A stretch of 64,000 nucleotides of DNA from Promethearchaeota archaeon (GTDB lineage: Archaea > Asgardarchaeota > Lokiarchaeia > Sigyniarchaeales > SOKP01): positions 96,001 to 160,000 of the forward strand of contig JAEOSU010000072.1 in the NCBI GenBank assembly GCA_016840165.1, given 5' to 3'. The position numbers and the translations under genes were made by a program. Each line of letters starts with the position of its first letter. Within the stretch, counting starts at the first letter, position 1. Shown here one piece after another: positions 30,515-40,888 of this stretch. The notes under the pieces were generated by a model that did no database searches, was not told the origin of the DNA, and saw only the letters and a list, made by a program, of their open reading frames with translations.

Positions 30515-31687
30515 ATGCCGAAACATGATGTAGCAGTCGTAGGAATTGGTCAAACAAAATTTAGAAGTAAAAGACGCGATGTTAACATACCTGAAATGAT
30601 CTACGAAGCAGTTAAGATGGCTTTGGATGACGCACAAATGGAACCAAAGGATATAGATGCAATTTTAATTGGGAATATGGATCATTTTGAAGGAATAAAT
30701 TTCTCTGAGATGTGGTGTGGAATTGATGCAGCACCGGGATATTTAAAACCAGTATTAAAAATTGCGACGGGAGGAACTACAGGATCTTCCCTAGGTATTT
30801 GCGGGTATTATAATATTGCCTCTGGTATCTATAAAAATATTTTAGTTGTAGGATGGGAAAAATTAAACGAAGGAGGAGCTACTACGGGAATAATCACTGC
30901 ATTTGATGCTGTATGGGAGCGTCCTTCATTAGCAGGAGCTTTAGGACCATTAGCGTTAATGGCAAATATGTATGCGGCAAAGTATGGAATTACTTCAGAA
31001 CAAGCAGCAAAAGTGACCGTGAAAAATCGATCAAACGCCGCAAATAATCCTTTTGCACATTTACAAATGCCCGGTATTACCCTTGATTACGTAATGGGAT
31101 CTCAAATGATCTCTTATCCTCTAAGGTTGCACGATTGTTGTCCTCAAAGTGAAGGTGCATGTGCGGTAATTTATGCCAATGAAAAAGAGGCTAAAAAGAT
31201 AACGGATAATCCTGCATGGTTTAAAACAGTTTCAACAGCTCATTATTATACCTTTGGAACTGATGATCTAATGTATGATTTACCTACCGCAACTATTGCT
31301 TCAAAAAAGGCTTACAAGAAGGCAGGCATCAAGGACCCCATTAAGGATCTTGATGTAGCAGAAATTTATGAACCGACTTCATGGTCAGAACTGAGTTGGA
31401 CTGAAGCCTTAGGTTTTGCAGAAGCGGGTGGAGGAGGTAAATTGCTAGATGAGGGGATAACAGCAATGAGCGGTGAGCTACCAGTGAATCCTTCTGGTGG
31501 AGTATTAAGTACTAATCCAATAGGAGCAACTGCTTTAGTACGATTTGCTGAAGCAGCAATACAAGTTATGGGTAAAGGTGGTAAGCGTCAAGTACCAGAT
31601 GTAGAAACATCCCTAGGAATGGGCTTTGGTGGAAGTCTTTGGACGGAGCTTGCAATATTTGGAAAGGATCCTAATCCGGTGAGGTGA
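30515..31687 (+). CDS. Ltp3-like thiolase-fold protein (aldolase subunit)
   Basis: GQTKFRSKRRDV, DHFEG, ATGGTTGSS, GWEK, NPFAHLQ, CPQSEGACAV, AEIYEP, LSTNPIGA resemble Ltp3 as recalled. Confidence 0.82.
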   Translation: MPKHDVAVVGIGQTKFRSKRRDVNIPEMIYEAVKMALDDAQMEPKDIDAILIGNMDHFEGINFSEMWCGIDAAPGYLKPVLKIATGGTTGSSLGICGYYNIASGIYKNILVVGWEKLNEGGATTGIITAFDAVWERPSLAGALGPLALMANMYAAKYGITSEQAAKVTVKNRSNAANNPFAHLQMPGITLDYVMGSQMISYPLRLHDCCPQSEGACAVIYANEKEAKKITDNPAWFKTVSTAHYYTFGTDDLMYDLPTATIASKKAYKKAGIKDPIKDLDVAEIYEPTSWSELSWTEALGFAEAGGGGKLLDEGITAMSGELPVNPSGGVLSTNPIGATALVRFAEAAIQVMGKGGKRQVPDVETSLGMGFGGSLWTELAIFGKDPNPVR

Positions 31688-31692
31688 AAAAA

Positions 31693-32184
31693 ATGGGAAA
31701 AAAAGATAAAGAATTTTTGATTAAATGGAAAACAAACTTACCCTATAAATACTCTATGGGGGAGTTAGCGGTTAAATTTTTCGAGGAACTCAAAGAAAAC
31801 AAGAAAATTATGGGAAGTAAATGCCCCAAATGTGGTAGGGTGCATTTGCCTCCTCGAGCGGTATGTGCAGACTGTCTGGTCAAAATGACGCTCGATGATA
31901 TGGTTGAATTACCTCCAAGGGGCACTTTAGAGGGTTTTACAGTAGTAAATTATCCTTTTATTGATCCAAATACAGGAGGGATGCGCCCATTTCCCTATGG
32001 TTATGGTATATTTAAGTTAGACGGTGCAGATACATATATGATGCATTTCGTAGATGAAACTGATCATACTAAATTTAAAATTGGCCAACGAGTAGAAGCA
32101 GTTTTTAAAGAAGAGAGAGAAGGTAATTTAGGAGATATTCCCTATTTTAAAATTGTTCGAGAAGAAACGGAGGGAGAAAAATGA
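31693..32184 (+). CDS. DUF35 Zn-ribbon/OB-fold protein
   Basis: CPKCGRVHLPPRAVCADC, KLDGADT, GQRVEAVF. Confidence 0.9.
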   Translation: MGKKDKEFLIKWKTNLPYKYSMGELAVKFFEELKENKKIMGSKCPKCGRVHLPPRAVCADCLVKMTLDDMVELPPRGTLEGFTVVNYPFIDPNTGGMRPFPYGYGIFKLDGADTYMMHFVDETDHTKFKIGQRVEAVFKEEREGNLGDIPYFKIVREETEGEK

Positions 32185-32633
32185 GTGATGATATGGAGAA
32201 AAAAGTATTTAAAGGGAGGATTAAAGTCCCTTATAAACATACAGCAGGAGCCTATGTAGAGAAGTTTATAACGGATATTGGGAAAAGTAATAAAATTGTA
32301 GGCGATAAGTGTCCAAATTGTGGTTTAATCTATGTACCTCCTAAAATGATCTGCTTTAAATGCTTTGAAAAGATGGAGGAATGGGTTGAAGTAGGAAATA
32401 AAGGCACTGTTAAAGGATTCACGGTTATTACCCATTCTACCCCAGTTATGCCCTTAGAACCACCATTCGCCTATGCATTGATTACTCTTGACGGATCAAC
32501 CACAGATATAATTCATCTCATCAAAGAAACAGATCCGAAGAAACTTAAAGAGGGGATGAGAGTCGAGGCTGTATTCAAAGAAAAGCCTCGGAAAAGAATC
32601 ACAGATATCGAGTACTTTAAAATAATTGATTAG
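32181..32633 (+). CDS. DUF35 Zn-ribbon/OB-fold protein
   Basis: CPNCGLIYVPPKMICFKC, PFAYALITLDG, GMRVEAVF; ATGA overlap with previous gene. Confidence 0.9.
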   Translation: MSDDMEKKVFKGRIKVPYKHTAGAYVEKFITDIGKSNKIVGDKCPNCGLIYVPPKMICFKCFEKMEEWVEVGNKGTVKGFTVITHSTPVMPLEPPFAYALITLDGSTTDIIHLIKETDPKKLKEGMRVEAVFKEKPRKRITDIEYFKIID

Positions 32634-32650
32634 ATTTGATTATAATATTT

Positions 32651-32672
32651 ATTTTCTTTTTTTTTTGTATTT
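32651..32672 (+). terminator. Oligo-T tract, probable archaeal intrinsic terminator
   Basis: attttcttttttttttgtattt immediately after the stop of the ltp4-ltp3-DUF35-DUF35 operon. Confidence 0.45.
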
Positions 32673-32787
32673 TCTCTAGTTAATGACCAATTGAGGGATT
32701 TTATACCAACTCATCAAAATTAATAAACTATATTTTTAGCTCGATCCTAGTTATAATTATTAAATTAAATATAATATATGAAAAATT

Positions 32788-33612
32788 ATGAGCGATAATG
32801 TAGTTTTAATTGAGGAAAATGAAGATAATACCATCACTACCATCAAATTAAATCGCTTAGACAAAAAAAATGCGATAAATTACGACTTAATGGTTGGATT
32901 TCAAAAAGCCATTGATCAAGTGGAACGATCTAATGCGAGAGTTGTGATTATTACTGGTGGAGATGATCTATTCAGTTCGGGCATTGATTTAAATTTCTTA
33001 ACTGGACAAGAAAGAGATCCAGAAGGAGTAATTCCAGATTTACGAATTCCTCGCAATTTTCGATATTTTGCAAATACATGGATTCATCCTATTTTTACCA
33101 AAATTGAGAAAATGGAAAAGCCTGTAATCGCAAAAATCAATGGCTATTGTTTTGGGATGGCTTTTGAACTCGCGTTAGCATGTGACTTTCGATTTTGTAC
33201 TGAATCAGCTCAATTCCATATGTTAGAAAGCAAGATTGGTATGAATCCAGATGTGGGCGGTTCTATTCGCTTAACACGTATAGTAGGAATTCAAAATGCT
33301 AAAGATATCATTTTAACGGGACGAAGATTCGATGGAGATGAAGCTTATCGGCTGGGAGTGGTTAATCGTGTGGCAAAGACCCATGAGGAATTAGATTCAA
33401 TTATTAAAATGTACACGGATGAGCTAATGACGAGTGGTCCATTAGCCATAGGTCTTGCGAAAAAGTTAATAGATGACTGCTATGGAAAGGATACTGCCTT
33501 GGGATTAGAACTTGAAACCCTTGTTAGCTCTCAGCTACTTCAAACTAAAGACGCAGTTAATGCCGCTTTAGCGCGACTTACTAAAACAAAACCTAAATGG
33601 AAATGGAAATAA
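32788..33612 (+). CDS. Enoyl-CoA hydratase (crotonase) with both catalytic Glu
   Basis: FSSGIDL, KPVIAKINGYCFGMAFELALACDFR, MLESKIG. Confidence 0.9.
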   Translation: MSDNVVLIEENEDNTITTIKLNRLDKKNAINYDLMVGFQKAIDQVERSNARVVIITGGDDLFSSGIDLNFLTGQERDPEGVIPDLRIPRNFRYFANTWIHPIFTKIEKMEKPVIAKINGYCFGMAFELALACDFRFCTESAQFHMLESKIGMNPDVGGSIRLTRIVGIQNAKDIILTGRRFDGDEAYRLGVVNRVAKTHEELDSIIKMYTDELMTSGPLAIGLAKKLIDDCYGKDTALGLELETLVSSQLLQTKDAVNAALARLTKTKPKWKWK

Positions 33613-33668
33613 TCTATTTTTCAACTTTATTTTTTAATTTTTTTAGATAAAAAAAAGAAAAAGTTCAA

Positions 33669-34880
33669 TTAGAAATCTATATTTTTTCCTTCGTAGGCGT
33701 ACCTATAAAGATTTTCGAAATCTGCTTTGGAAGGTAATCGGGGTGCCATAGAGCCACTTGCATCTTGAAAACATAAATTTACTAAAGAGTTAAGATTGTT
33801 TTCTAAATCTTCCTTGGAAATATCAACATCTTGTATTTTTTCGGGAAATCCCACCTTTTTATATAATTCTTTTAGTTTTTCTAGTACAGTCTCCGCGGCT
33901 TTTTGATCATTATCATCCCATTTTGCCCATCCTAGTTGTTTTGCTAATTTAGAATAGATAATTGTAGAGAGATCATCCTTATCAGGATTATTTAAGCAAT
34001 ATTGCGTTACATACTTCAGCATAAGGCCAACACATTTTCCATGAGGCTTTTGAAAGACGGCACCGAGACAATGGCCCATAGTATGACCAAGATGGACGTT
34101 TCCATTGCCAAATGCTAATCCTGCCATCGTAGCTGCTTGATGTAAATTATCTCTGGCTTCTACGTTCGTTCCCTCTTTATATGCAATAGGCAAGAAGCGA
34201 AAAACTAATTCGATTGCTTTGGTGGCTAATGCATTACTGAACTCATTTCTTCCATTAGCAATCAATGCCTCCATCGAATGAGCTAAAACATCCATACCAG
34301 TATCCACAGTCAAGCTAGAGGGCATTCCCATAGGGAAGATCGGATCTAAAATCGAATAACTAGGCACTAATCCCTTATGGGCTTGAATAAGTTTTTGCCA
34401 TACTCCATTATTTTCCCTTGATACGACGGCAGCATATGTTACATCAGCTCCAGTTCCAGAAGTTGTAGGGATTGCGATTAACTTTGCTTTTTTACCAAGT
34501 TCATACAAATCATTATTGAAGATATGTATATCGTCAATTCCATAATTCGGATACTCATACATTACCCATACTCCTTTAGATGTATCTATTACTGAACCGC
34601 CTCCTAAAGCGATGATCAAATCAGGTTCATAAGCTAAACACTTTTCTTTCGCATTTAAAACAATCTGTTCCTTTGGATCGGGTTTAACTTGATTAAATAC
34701 TTCATAAGTTTTTCCAAAGTTATCTAACTTATCCGTCAAAATCTTAAGATAACCAAGATCTTCTATTATTTTATCAGTAACTATAAAACATTTAGTACCC
34801 TTGATGTTTTCTAAAAAGTCTATTGCTTCTTCCCCATATATTATATTTGGACTGTAAAAATACCACATTAATTTTATCAT
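33669..34880 (-). CDS. Iron-containing alcohol dehydrogenase
   Basis: ALGGGSVID, IPTTSGTG, DVLAHSME, HTMGH, PHG. Confidence 0.92.
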   Translation of the reverse strand: MIKLMWYFYSPNIIYGEEAIDFLENIKGTKCFIVTDKIIEDLGYLKILTDKLDNFGKTYEVFNQVKPDPKEQIVLNAKEKCLAYEPDLIIALGGGSVIDTSKGVWVMYEYPNYGIDDIHIFNNDLYELGKKAKLIAIPTTSGTGADVTYAAVVSRENNGVWQKLIQAHKGLVPSYSILDPIFPMGMPSSLTVDTGMDVLAHSMEALIANGRNEFSNALATKAIELVFRFLPIAYKEGTNVEARDNLHQAATMAGLAFGNGNVHLGHTMGHCLGAVFQKPHGKCVGLMLKYVTQYCLNNPDKDDLSTIIYSKLAKQLGWAKWDDNDQKAAETVLEKLKELYKKVGFPEKIQDVDISKEDLENNLNSLVNLCFQDASGSMAPRLPSKADFENLYRYAYEGKNIDF

Positions 34881-34920
34881 CTCCTATTAAAATAGAAAAA
34901 AAGAATAAAATTTCAAATAT

Positions 34921-35331
34921 CTATAAAAATTCTGTATCAACATTTTGTAAACTATTCACAATCTCTTGGGCTGCTCGTGTTGCTCGCATCAATTTAGCCA
35001 TGTTTCCGACAAGTCTTAGCTTTCCAGACATAACACCTTGAATAGTGTCCAATTCTTTCTTAGCAATCTTAACCCAGTTTCCATAAGGACCCGAAAGTGT
35101 AAATTCTGCCTCCGGTTCCTCACCCTCTTCTAATAACTTAACTCCTGTGCACTCACCATGAAAAAGTCCGAGAAGAAAACGTACTTCATGATCTAAAGGA
35201 CCATCAGGCTCTATTACACAAATCATATCCCCTTCCCACCAAGAAGCAGACTCCTTATAAGCGGGATTGTCATTTATGGCTTGTCCAAAGGCATCTAACC
35301 ATTCTGTCGTTAAAATTTTCAATTTATTCAC
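34921..35331 (-). CDS. SCP2 sterol/lipid-binding domain protein
   Basis: EWLDAF, WEGD, LFHGEC, AEFTLSGPYGNW, GVMSGKLRLVGNMAKLMR. Confidence 0.85.
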   Translation of the reverse strand: MNKLKILTTEWLDAFGQAINDNPAYKESASWWEGDMICVIEPDGPLDHEVRFLLGLFHGECTGVKLLEEGEEPEAEFTLSGPYGNWVKIAKKELDTIQGVMSGKLRLVGNMAKLMRATRAAQEIVNSLQNVDTEFL

Positions 35332-35399
35332 CTTATCTATTACTTGAAAGTAATTTTTGTATAATAATTATTCTTAGTTTTTAATGTTTATAAAACCAT

Positions 35400-36587
35400 T
35401 CAAGTGTAGGTTAAATCTAAATGGACGTCAGTTATGGGATATGAGACACAAGGATGAATAAATCCAAAATCATTATCGACTTCTCTTACTGTCACTTCAG
35501 GAGGAACAAACACATTGCCTTTTAAGAGTTTAGTTCTACATAATGCGCACTCTCCAGAACGACAACCATTATCAATAGTAATTTGTGAGTTCTTAAACCC
35601 TTCTATACTATTAAGAAGTGGTTCTACACAATATACTTCAAATTCTTGATTCTCTATCTCTTTTGTTCCGCGAAAAGATACGGTCACCTTTACTTTTTTA
35701 GAAGAATCTATATTACTTGGCCATCCCATTACTTGTGTGATATCCTCAGGAACTCCAAATGCCTCATAATATATTTTGTGTCTAGGTACTCCCATCTCGT
35801 TAAGCTCATTTTCAATGAATTTGTACATCGGTCGATTTCCCACTACATAAAAATATTTATCCTTGAATGATCCAATTTGAGTTATTATTTTATCTTTCGT
35901 TATAAAACCGCATTCTCCCTTCCAATCTGCCGCAGGTTCAGAAAGAATATGAGTAATTGTGATATTCGATCGTCTTGATAGAATTTCTCTTAGTTCTTCG
36001 TTAAATAGTATATCCTTTTCAGTAACACATCCATATAAAAGTATGATCTTAATAGGAACTGCTCTCTCTGTTATGTCTCTCAACATTGAAATAAATGGTG
36101 TTATCCCGCACCCTCCCGCAATGAAAACCAAATTTTTTCCATGGAACAGAGGATTATAATACAGATTACCTAAGGGTTCCGTACTTACAAATATATCCCC
36201 TATTTGAGCATTATGATACAAGAAAGGACTTACAAAACCCCCTTCTTTTTTTCGAATCCCTAGTTCATAATATGCTAATTGATTTGGAGATGATACTAAG
36301 GAATATGGACGGGAGGTTCGAACGCTATTGATATTTACAGTTAAACCAATATATGAGCCCGCTCGAAACGGAGCAAGAGGTTTGTCTGGGTTTGCAGAGA
36401 TAAATCGATATAGTTTAGTGTCATAGGAGAGATCTTTAATATCTGTTAATTTTAATAGTTGGCTTGTTGGATGAATTCTATCACATAATTTTTCAAGTCC
36501 GTCATAATACCAAGGAATAGGTTGATTCTTTTCACGCAATTTTTTCTCTTTCTCAGCTTTCTGGTACTTTTTGATATCTTCCATCAT
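35400..36587 (-). CDS. FAD/NAD(P)-binding oxidoreductase with C-terminal [2Fe-2S] ferredoxin (PaaE/KshB/Hcr-like architecture)
   Basis: RPYSL, GGFVS, AGGCGITP, YEAFG, CRSGECALC...HPC. Confidence 0.88.
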   Translation of the reverse strand: MMEDIKKYQKAEKEKKLREKNQPIPWYYDGLEKLCDRIHPTSQLLKLTDIKDLSYDTKLYRFISANPDKPLAPFRAGSYIGLTVNINSVRTSRPYSLVSSPNQLAYYELGIRKKEGGFVSPFLYHNAQIGDIFVSTEPLGNLYYNPLFHGKNLVFIAGGCGITPFISMLRDITERAVPIKIILLYGCVTEKDILFNEELREILSRRSNITITHILSEPAADWKGECGFITKDKIITQIGSFKDKYFYVVGNRPMYKFIENELNEMGVPRHKIYYEAFGVPEDITQVMGWPSNIDSSKKVKVTVSFRGTKEIENQEFEVYCVEPLLNSIEGFKNSQITIDNGCRSGECALCRTKLLKGNVFVPPEVTVREVDNDFGFIHPCVSYPITDVHLDLTYT

Positions 36588-36590
36588 TTT

Positions 36591-38144
36591 TTACCACCTG
36601 CCCTCTATTTTATCTTTAAGATACATACCCGCAGCAATCCGCCCTCCCAATATAGAAGTAGAAAATCCACCTCCAAAATTAGTCCACGCACCTACTTGAT
36701 ATAAACCGGGAATCGCTCCCCTACTTTTTAGTCTAAGTAATGGCCCATTAGTCACATCTTGAGTAGTCCCATAGATAGCTCCTTCAATGTTCTTAGAATA
36801 ACGATAATAAGTCAAGGGGGTTGCTGCAACCGCCACCTCTATGTAATCTCTTATCTCTGGACAAATAGTACTTTCTATTAAAGAAATCATACTATCCGCA
36901 ATCTCATCTTTTAATTTAAAATATTGATCGGGACTTACACTCTGCCAAAGTTTACCCATTTGAAGTGTAGTTAATACTAGTTGGGTAGTTCCAGGAGGAG
37001 ATATATCTTCATAGATGTGATTGTAACATGCTGCAACAATATATTTAGGTTGTTCTAACTTAAAGAAGGATTCAAAACATCGATTCATATCATAAGATTC
37101 ATTAACAAATGTCTCGTGAGCAGTTAATCCCAGTTTTTTATAAGATGCATTCAATCCAATATATACCGAAAAACCAGAGGGTCCTATTTGGGGAGCATAT
37201 ATAGCTTTTTTATAACTTTCTGGGACAACTTCTGGAGGTAACATTTTCATTGTCGTGCATATTGGATTTACGTTTGAGATCACAGCATTTGATAAGTATA
37301 TGTCCCCATTAAGTAATTCTACACCACAAGTTCTTCCATCTTTCACAAGTATTCTATTAACCAATGCATTATATCTTATTTCACCCCCTCGCTCTTCGAA
37401 AGCTTTTACAATGGCATTGGTAAGTGAATGTGAACGTCCTACAGGAAATGCCGCTCCCCAGTTTAAATAAAATATAAGCATAGCTACGAATGCATATGCA
37501 TTCATTCTGTCAGGAGGAAGTCCGATATACCCCCATAATTGAGACATTAATGAGATTAATTTCTTGTCTGAAAAGAATTTTTCATATAATTCTGCGAGCG
37601 TAAGTCCTGATACCCGTGGAAGCCAAGGATGTTCTTTAAGCACTTCTTGGGGTACAAATTTCCCCCCTTTAGAAGCAATATACTCAATTCCAGCTAACAC
37701 TGCCTTACACATATCCATAAATTCTTCTATCCCCTTCTCTTCCGCAGGAAATAACTCAATTAGTTTATTTTTATACTCTTCAAAACCAAGTGGCATTGTT
37801 TCGTCAAAACCATCCAAATAAACACTTCTATAAAACTCAGGTACTTGTTTAAAGGTCAATTTATCGGGCACAACACCTAGACGCTCAAGATATCGATATA
37901 AAGCCCCTTTATTGTCCTCTGTACCAATATCACTTAATTCATGAAGAGCGCCTTCAAATTCGAATCTACCACGCACAAAAGAAGTCGCAAAACCACCTGG
38001 AACATTGTGTTTTTCAAGTAATAATACTTTTTCTCCCTTTAACACCAATTGCGAAGCTGCTCCTAAACCTCCTAACCCAGCACCGATTACGATAACGGGA
38101 TATTTAGATATAACTCGACTTTCATCAAAATTAACATTAGCCAT
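36591..38144 (-). CDS. Phytoene desaturase (CrtI)/retinol saturase-like FAD oxidoreductase
   Basis: GAGLGGL, EKHNVPGGFATSF.RGRFEFE, ATPLT, GAIYG, IPGLYQVGAW...GGGF. Confidence 0.85.
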   Translation of the reverse strand: MANVNFDESRVISKYPVIVIGAGLGGLGAASQLVLKGEKVLLLEKHNVPGGFATSFVRGRFEFEGALHELSDIGTEDNKGALYRYLERLGVVPDKLTFKQVPEFYRSVYLDGFDETMPLGFEEYKNKLIELFPAEEKGIEEFMDMCKAVLAGIEYIASKGGKFVPQEVLKEHPWLPRVSGLTLAELYEKFFSDKKLISLMSQLWGYIGLPPDRMNAYAFVAMLIFYLNWGAAFPVGRSHSLTNAIVKAFEERGGEIRYNALVNRILVKDGRTCGVELLNGDIYLSNAVISNVNPICTTMKMLPPEVVPESYKKAIYAPQIGPSGFSVYIGLNASYKKLGLTAHETFVNESYDMNRCFESFFKLEQPKYIVAACYNHIYEDISPPGTTQLVLTTLQMGKLWQSVSPDQYFKLKDEIADSMISLIESTICPEIRDYIEVAVAATPLTYYRYSKNIEGAIYGTTQDVTNGPLLRLKSRGAIPGLYQVGAWTNFGGGFSTSILGGRIAAGMYLKDKIEGRW

Positions 38145-38235
38145 AAAGATATTTCTACCAGATAATTATTAAAGATATGGTTTTGTTAAGGAAGTATTAA
38201 ATTATACAATAAAGTTAGCAATAAAATAAATGGTT

Positions 38236-39057
38236 CTAACGCCCAATAAAATGAGGCTCATGTTTTTCTTTAAGAGCATTCATCGATTCCATAAAATCCT
38301 TTGAACGGAATGTTTTTCGTAATCCCTTATTCTCCAAATCCAAGGTTTGTTCAAGAATGGGGATAAAATATGCATGCATTGTCTTTTTCATTAATTTTAT
38401 AGATAAACTTGGTCCATTTGGTGGGATGAGTTTTAATGCTTGTTCTCTTGCATAGGGTATCAATTGTTCCTTTGGTAAAACTTTATTTACTAATCCTAAT
38501 TCATATGCTTTTTGAGCAGAGATTTCCTCACCGAAGAAACAGATCTCTTTTGCTTTTTGAAAGCCGATCAGAAAAGGTAAGATAAAATTTGCTCCAAATT
38601 CTGGGATGATAGCTCTTTTTCCAAAATAGAAGCCTAGCCAAGCATCCTCGGCCATATAAATTAAATCAGCCCCGGATAAGGGCATAGTAATGGCTCCACC
38701 TATAGCTAATCCATTTATTGCGACAATTACAGGTTTATAGAACGTCCAAAGTCTCATACATAATTTCTTTTGGGCTATGTCCATTAGATCAATTTCTGCT
38801 CTTACTTCCTTATGAACTTTTTTAAAGAAATCAGGTTCGAAAAACCCACCAGATGAGAAAGCATTCCCCTCAGGATTTCCTGTAATGATTAAAACTCGTG
38901 CTTTTTCATCATTTTCCATATCATTTATAGCAGTAAACATTTCTAAAAAAGTAAGGTATGATACGGCATTTCTCCTTTCAGCTTTGTTTAGAGTAATAGT
39001 ACATATTCCATTATCTTCCTTATCATACAGAATATCTTCAAAATCTTCTATATTCAT
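38236..39057 (-). CDS. Enoyl-CoA hydratase/isomerase family protein (isomerase-type)
   Basis: AFSSGG, KPVIVAINGLAIG; lacks both canonical hydratase Glu, has IIPEFG. Confidence 0.87.
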   Translation of the reverse strand: MNIEDFEDILYDKEDNGICTITLNKAERRNAVSYLTFLEMFTAINDMENDEKARVLIITGNPEGNAFSSGGFFEPDFFKKVHKEVRAEIDLMDIAQKKLCMRLWTFYKPVIVAINGLAIGGAITMPLSGADLIYMAEDAWLGFYFGKRAIIPEFGANFILPFLIGFQKAKEICFFGEEISAQKAYELGLVNKVLPKEQLIPYAREQALKLIPPNGPSLSIKLMKKTMHAYFIPILEQTLDLENKGLRKTFRSKDFMESMNALKEKHEPHFIGR

Positions 39058-39142
39058 TTTTAAATCAAATTGTAACTTATATTTTTGAACTTCAAATTTA
39101 GATTAGTAAAATAAAAAAATTTAAAAAAAGATTACTAAAAGT

Positions 39143-40840
39143 CTATTCTTCTCTTAAAGCTTTCTTTTGAACTTTTCCAACTAATGTAAGAGGTAACTCT
39201 TCACGGAATTCCCATATTTTAGGAACTTCATATTTAGATAATTTTTCTTCAGCAAATTCCTGGATTCTCTTTTTCACTTCATCAGATTCTGAAACTCCTT
39301 CCTTTAGTTGCACAACTGCTTTAACAATTTCAGCTCCAGGTCTATCAGGATTAGGTACTCCGATAATTGCTAAGAGTTCTATATCCGGATGCTTAGTCAG
39401 TTGTTCCTCCACATGAACGCTATAGACTTTAAAACCACTTACAATTAACATATCCTTAGTTCGATCTACAATTTTTAAATAACCTTCTTCATCGAATACG
39501 CCCACATCACCAGAGTGAAAATAGCCTTCACTATCAAACGCTGCTTTAGACTCTTCAGGTTTATTATGATACCCCTTTGTTACTTGTGGGCCTCGAATTA
39601 AGATTTCACCGGGTTCCCCAACTCCTAATTCTTTACCAGTATCAACATCAACAATTTTTATTTCTGTATCGCTCAATGGTAATCCAACAGACCCAATTTT
39701 TTTAGTTCCTTTAGCAGGGTTAGCAGTTGCTAAAGGAGATGATTCAGTCATACCATAGACCTCTACAAACTTGTTTTGTGCATGGAAAAATTTTTCAAAT
39801 TCTCTTATAGCCTCCTCCGGAAATGGAGCGGCTCCGCTGACATAGAGAGTAATCTTATCTAAAACATCTACTGGAATATCTTTAGCTTTTGGATTATTCA
39901 TTATCATTAGGAATAATGTTGGGACATTTCCAAAACTCGAAGGTCTCTTATCAATTAATTCCTTAATGATATGATCCGTATCCCTTGGATTAGCAATTAA
40001 GGTCTGTGTTCCTTTTATGAAGGGTAGAAAAAGTCCTATTAAATATCCTGCGATATGGAAGAAAGGAAATGCTGATATTAACACTTCTTTTCCATGTTCC
40101 CTTCCAAGCCACGCATCAAATTGTGTAAGATTGGCGACTAAGTTTGCGTGGGTAATAATAGTACCCTTTGGACGCCCAGTTGTTCCACCAGTATACTGAA
40201 TTAAAGCACGATCTTCATTATTATTGATACTCACCTTTTTTATATCAATTTCAGTTTTGAGTGCTTCTAAGAAAGGAACTACTGTTCTTCCAGGATATGG
40301 TTTCATTTTTCCTTTTGGAATCTTTCCAATTAATTTACCCATAAATACCTTAAAACCGCCAAATCCCATGAATTCAGATATATTAGTGGGGATGATCAAT
40401 TTAAGATCAGGCAATTTATCTAATAGAGGGGTAAGCCGCTTCTCATAAATTATGTCCATTGTTACTATGGCTTTAGCTTTAGAATCCTCTAACTGGTACT
40501 GAATTTCTGGAGCACTCATTAGGGGAGAGCAACCTGAAATGGCTGCTCCGGCCATATATGTTCCATAGACGGCAAATAAATATTGAGGAGTATTGGGGAG
40601 ACAAATTGAAACAATATCACCTTTTTCAATTCCATTTTTTTGTAGGAATGTTGCAAACCTTTGAGAATATTCTAATACCTCTCTATAGGTAATAGCAGCA
40701 TCCATGAAATATATCCCTATCTTATCAGGGAATTCTTTCATATTATTTATTAAAATTGTTCCAAGATCATCAGAAGTGTAATTAAGCGTAGGTTTTACGT
40801 TAGGATCATACGATTTTAACCATAAATTTTTATCTACCAT
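39143..40840 (-). CDS. Long-chain acyl-CoA synthetase
   Basis: YTGGTTGRPKG, YGMTE, HSGD, DRTKD, LVGKVQK. Confidence 0.92.
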   Translation of the reverse strand: MVDKNLWLKSYDPNVKPTLNYTSDDLGTILINNMKEFPDKIGIYFMDAAITYREVLEYSQRFATFLQKNGIEKGDIVSICLPNTPQYLFAVYGTYMAGAAISGCSPLMSAPEIQYQLEDSKAKAIVTMDIIYEKRLTPLLDKLPDLKLIIPTNISEFMGFGGFKVFMGKLIGKIPKGKMKPYPGRTVVPFLEALKTEIDIKKVSINNNEDRALIQYTGGTTGRPKGTIITHANLVANLTQFDAWLGREHGKEVLISAFPFFHIAGYLIGLFLPFIKGTQTLIANPRDTDHIIKELIDKRPSSFGNVPTLFLMIMNNPKAKDIPVDVLDKITLYVSGAAPFPEEAIREFEKFFHAQNKFVEVYGMTESSPLATANPAKGTKKIGSVGLPLSDTEIKIVDVDTGKELGVGEPGEILIRGPQVTKGYHNKPEESKAAFDSEGYFHSGDVGVFDEEGYLKIVDRTKDMLIVSGFKVYSVHVEEQLTKHPDIELLAIIGVPNPDRPGAEIVKAVVQLKEGVSESDEVKKRIQEFAEEKLSKYEVPKIWEFREELPLTLVGKVQKKALREE

Positions 40841-40888
40841 TTAAATCATCATTTTTTAGTTTATAATTTAAAATTTCTTTTTAATTTA

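Noticed and set aside
35400-36587. Calling the reductase KshB and inferring aerobic steroid ring hydroxylation
   Set aside because: No KshA/Rieske oxygenase in the window; the architecture is shared by many reductases
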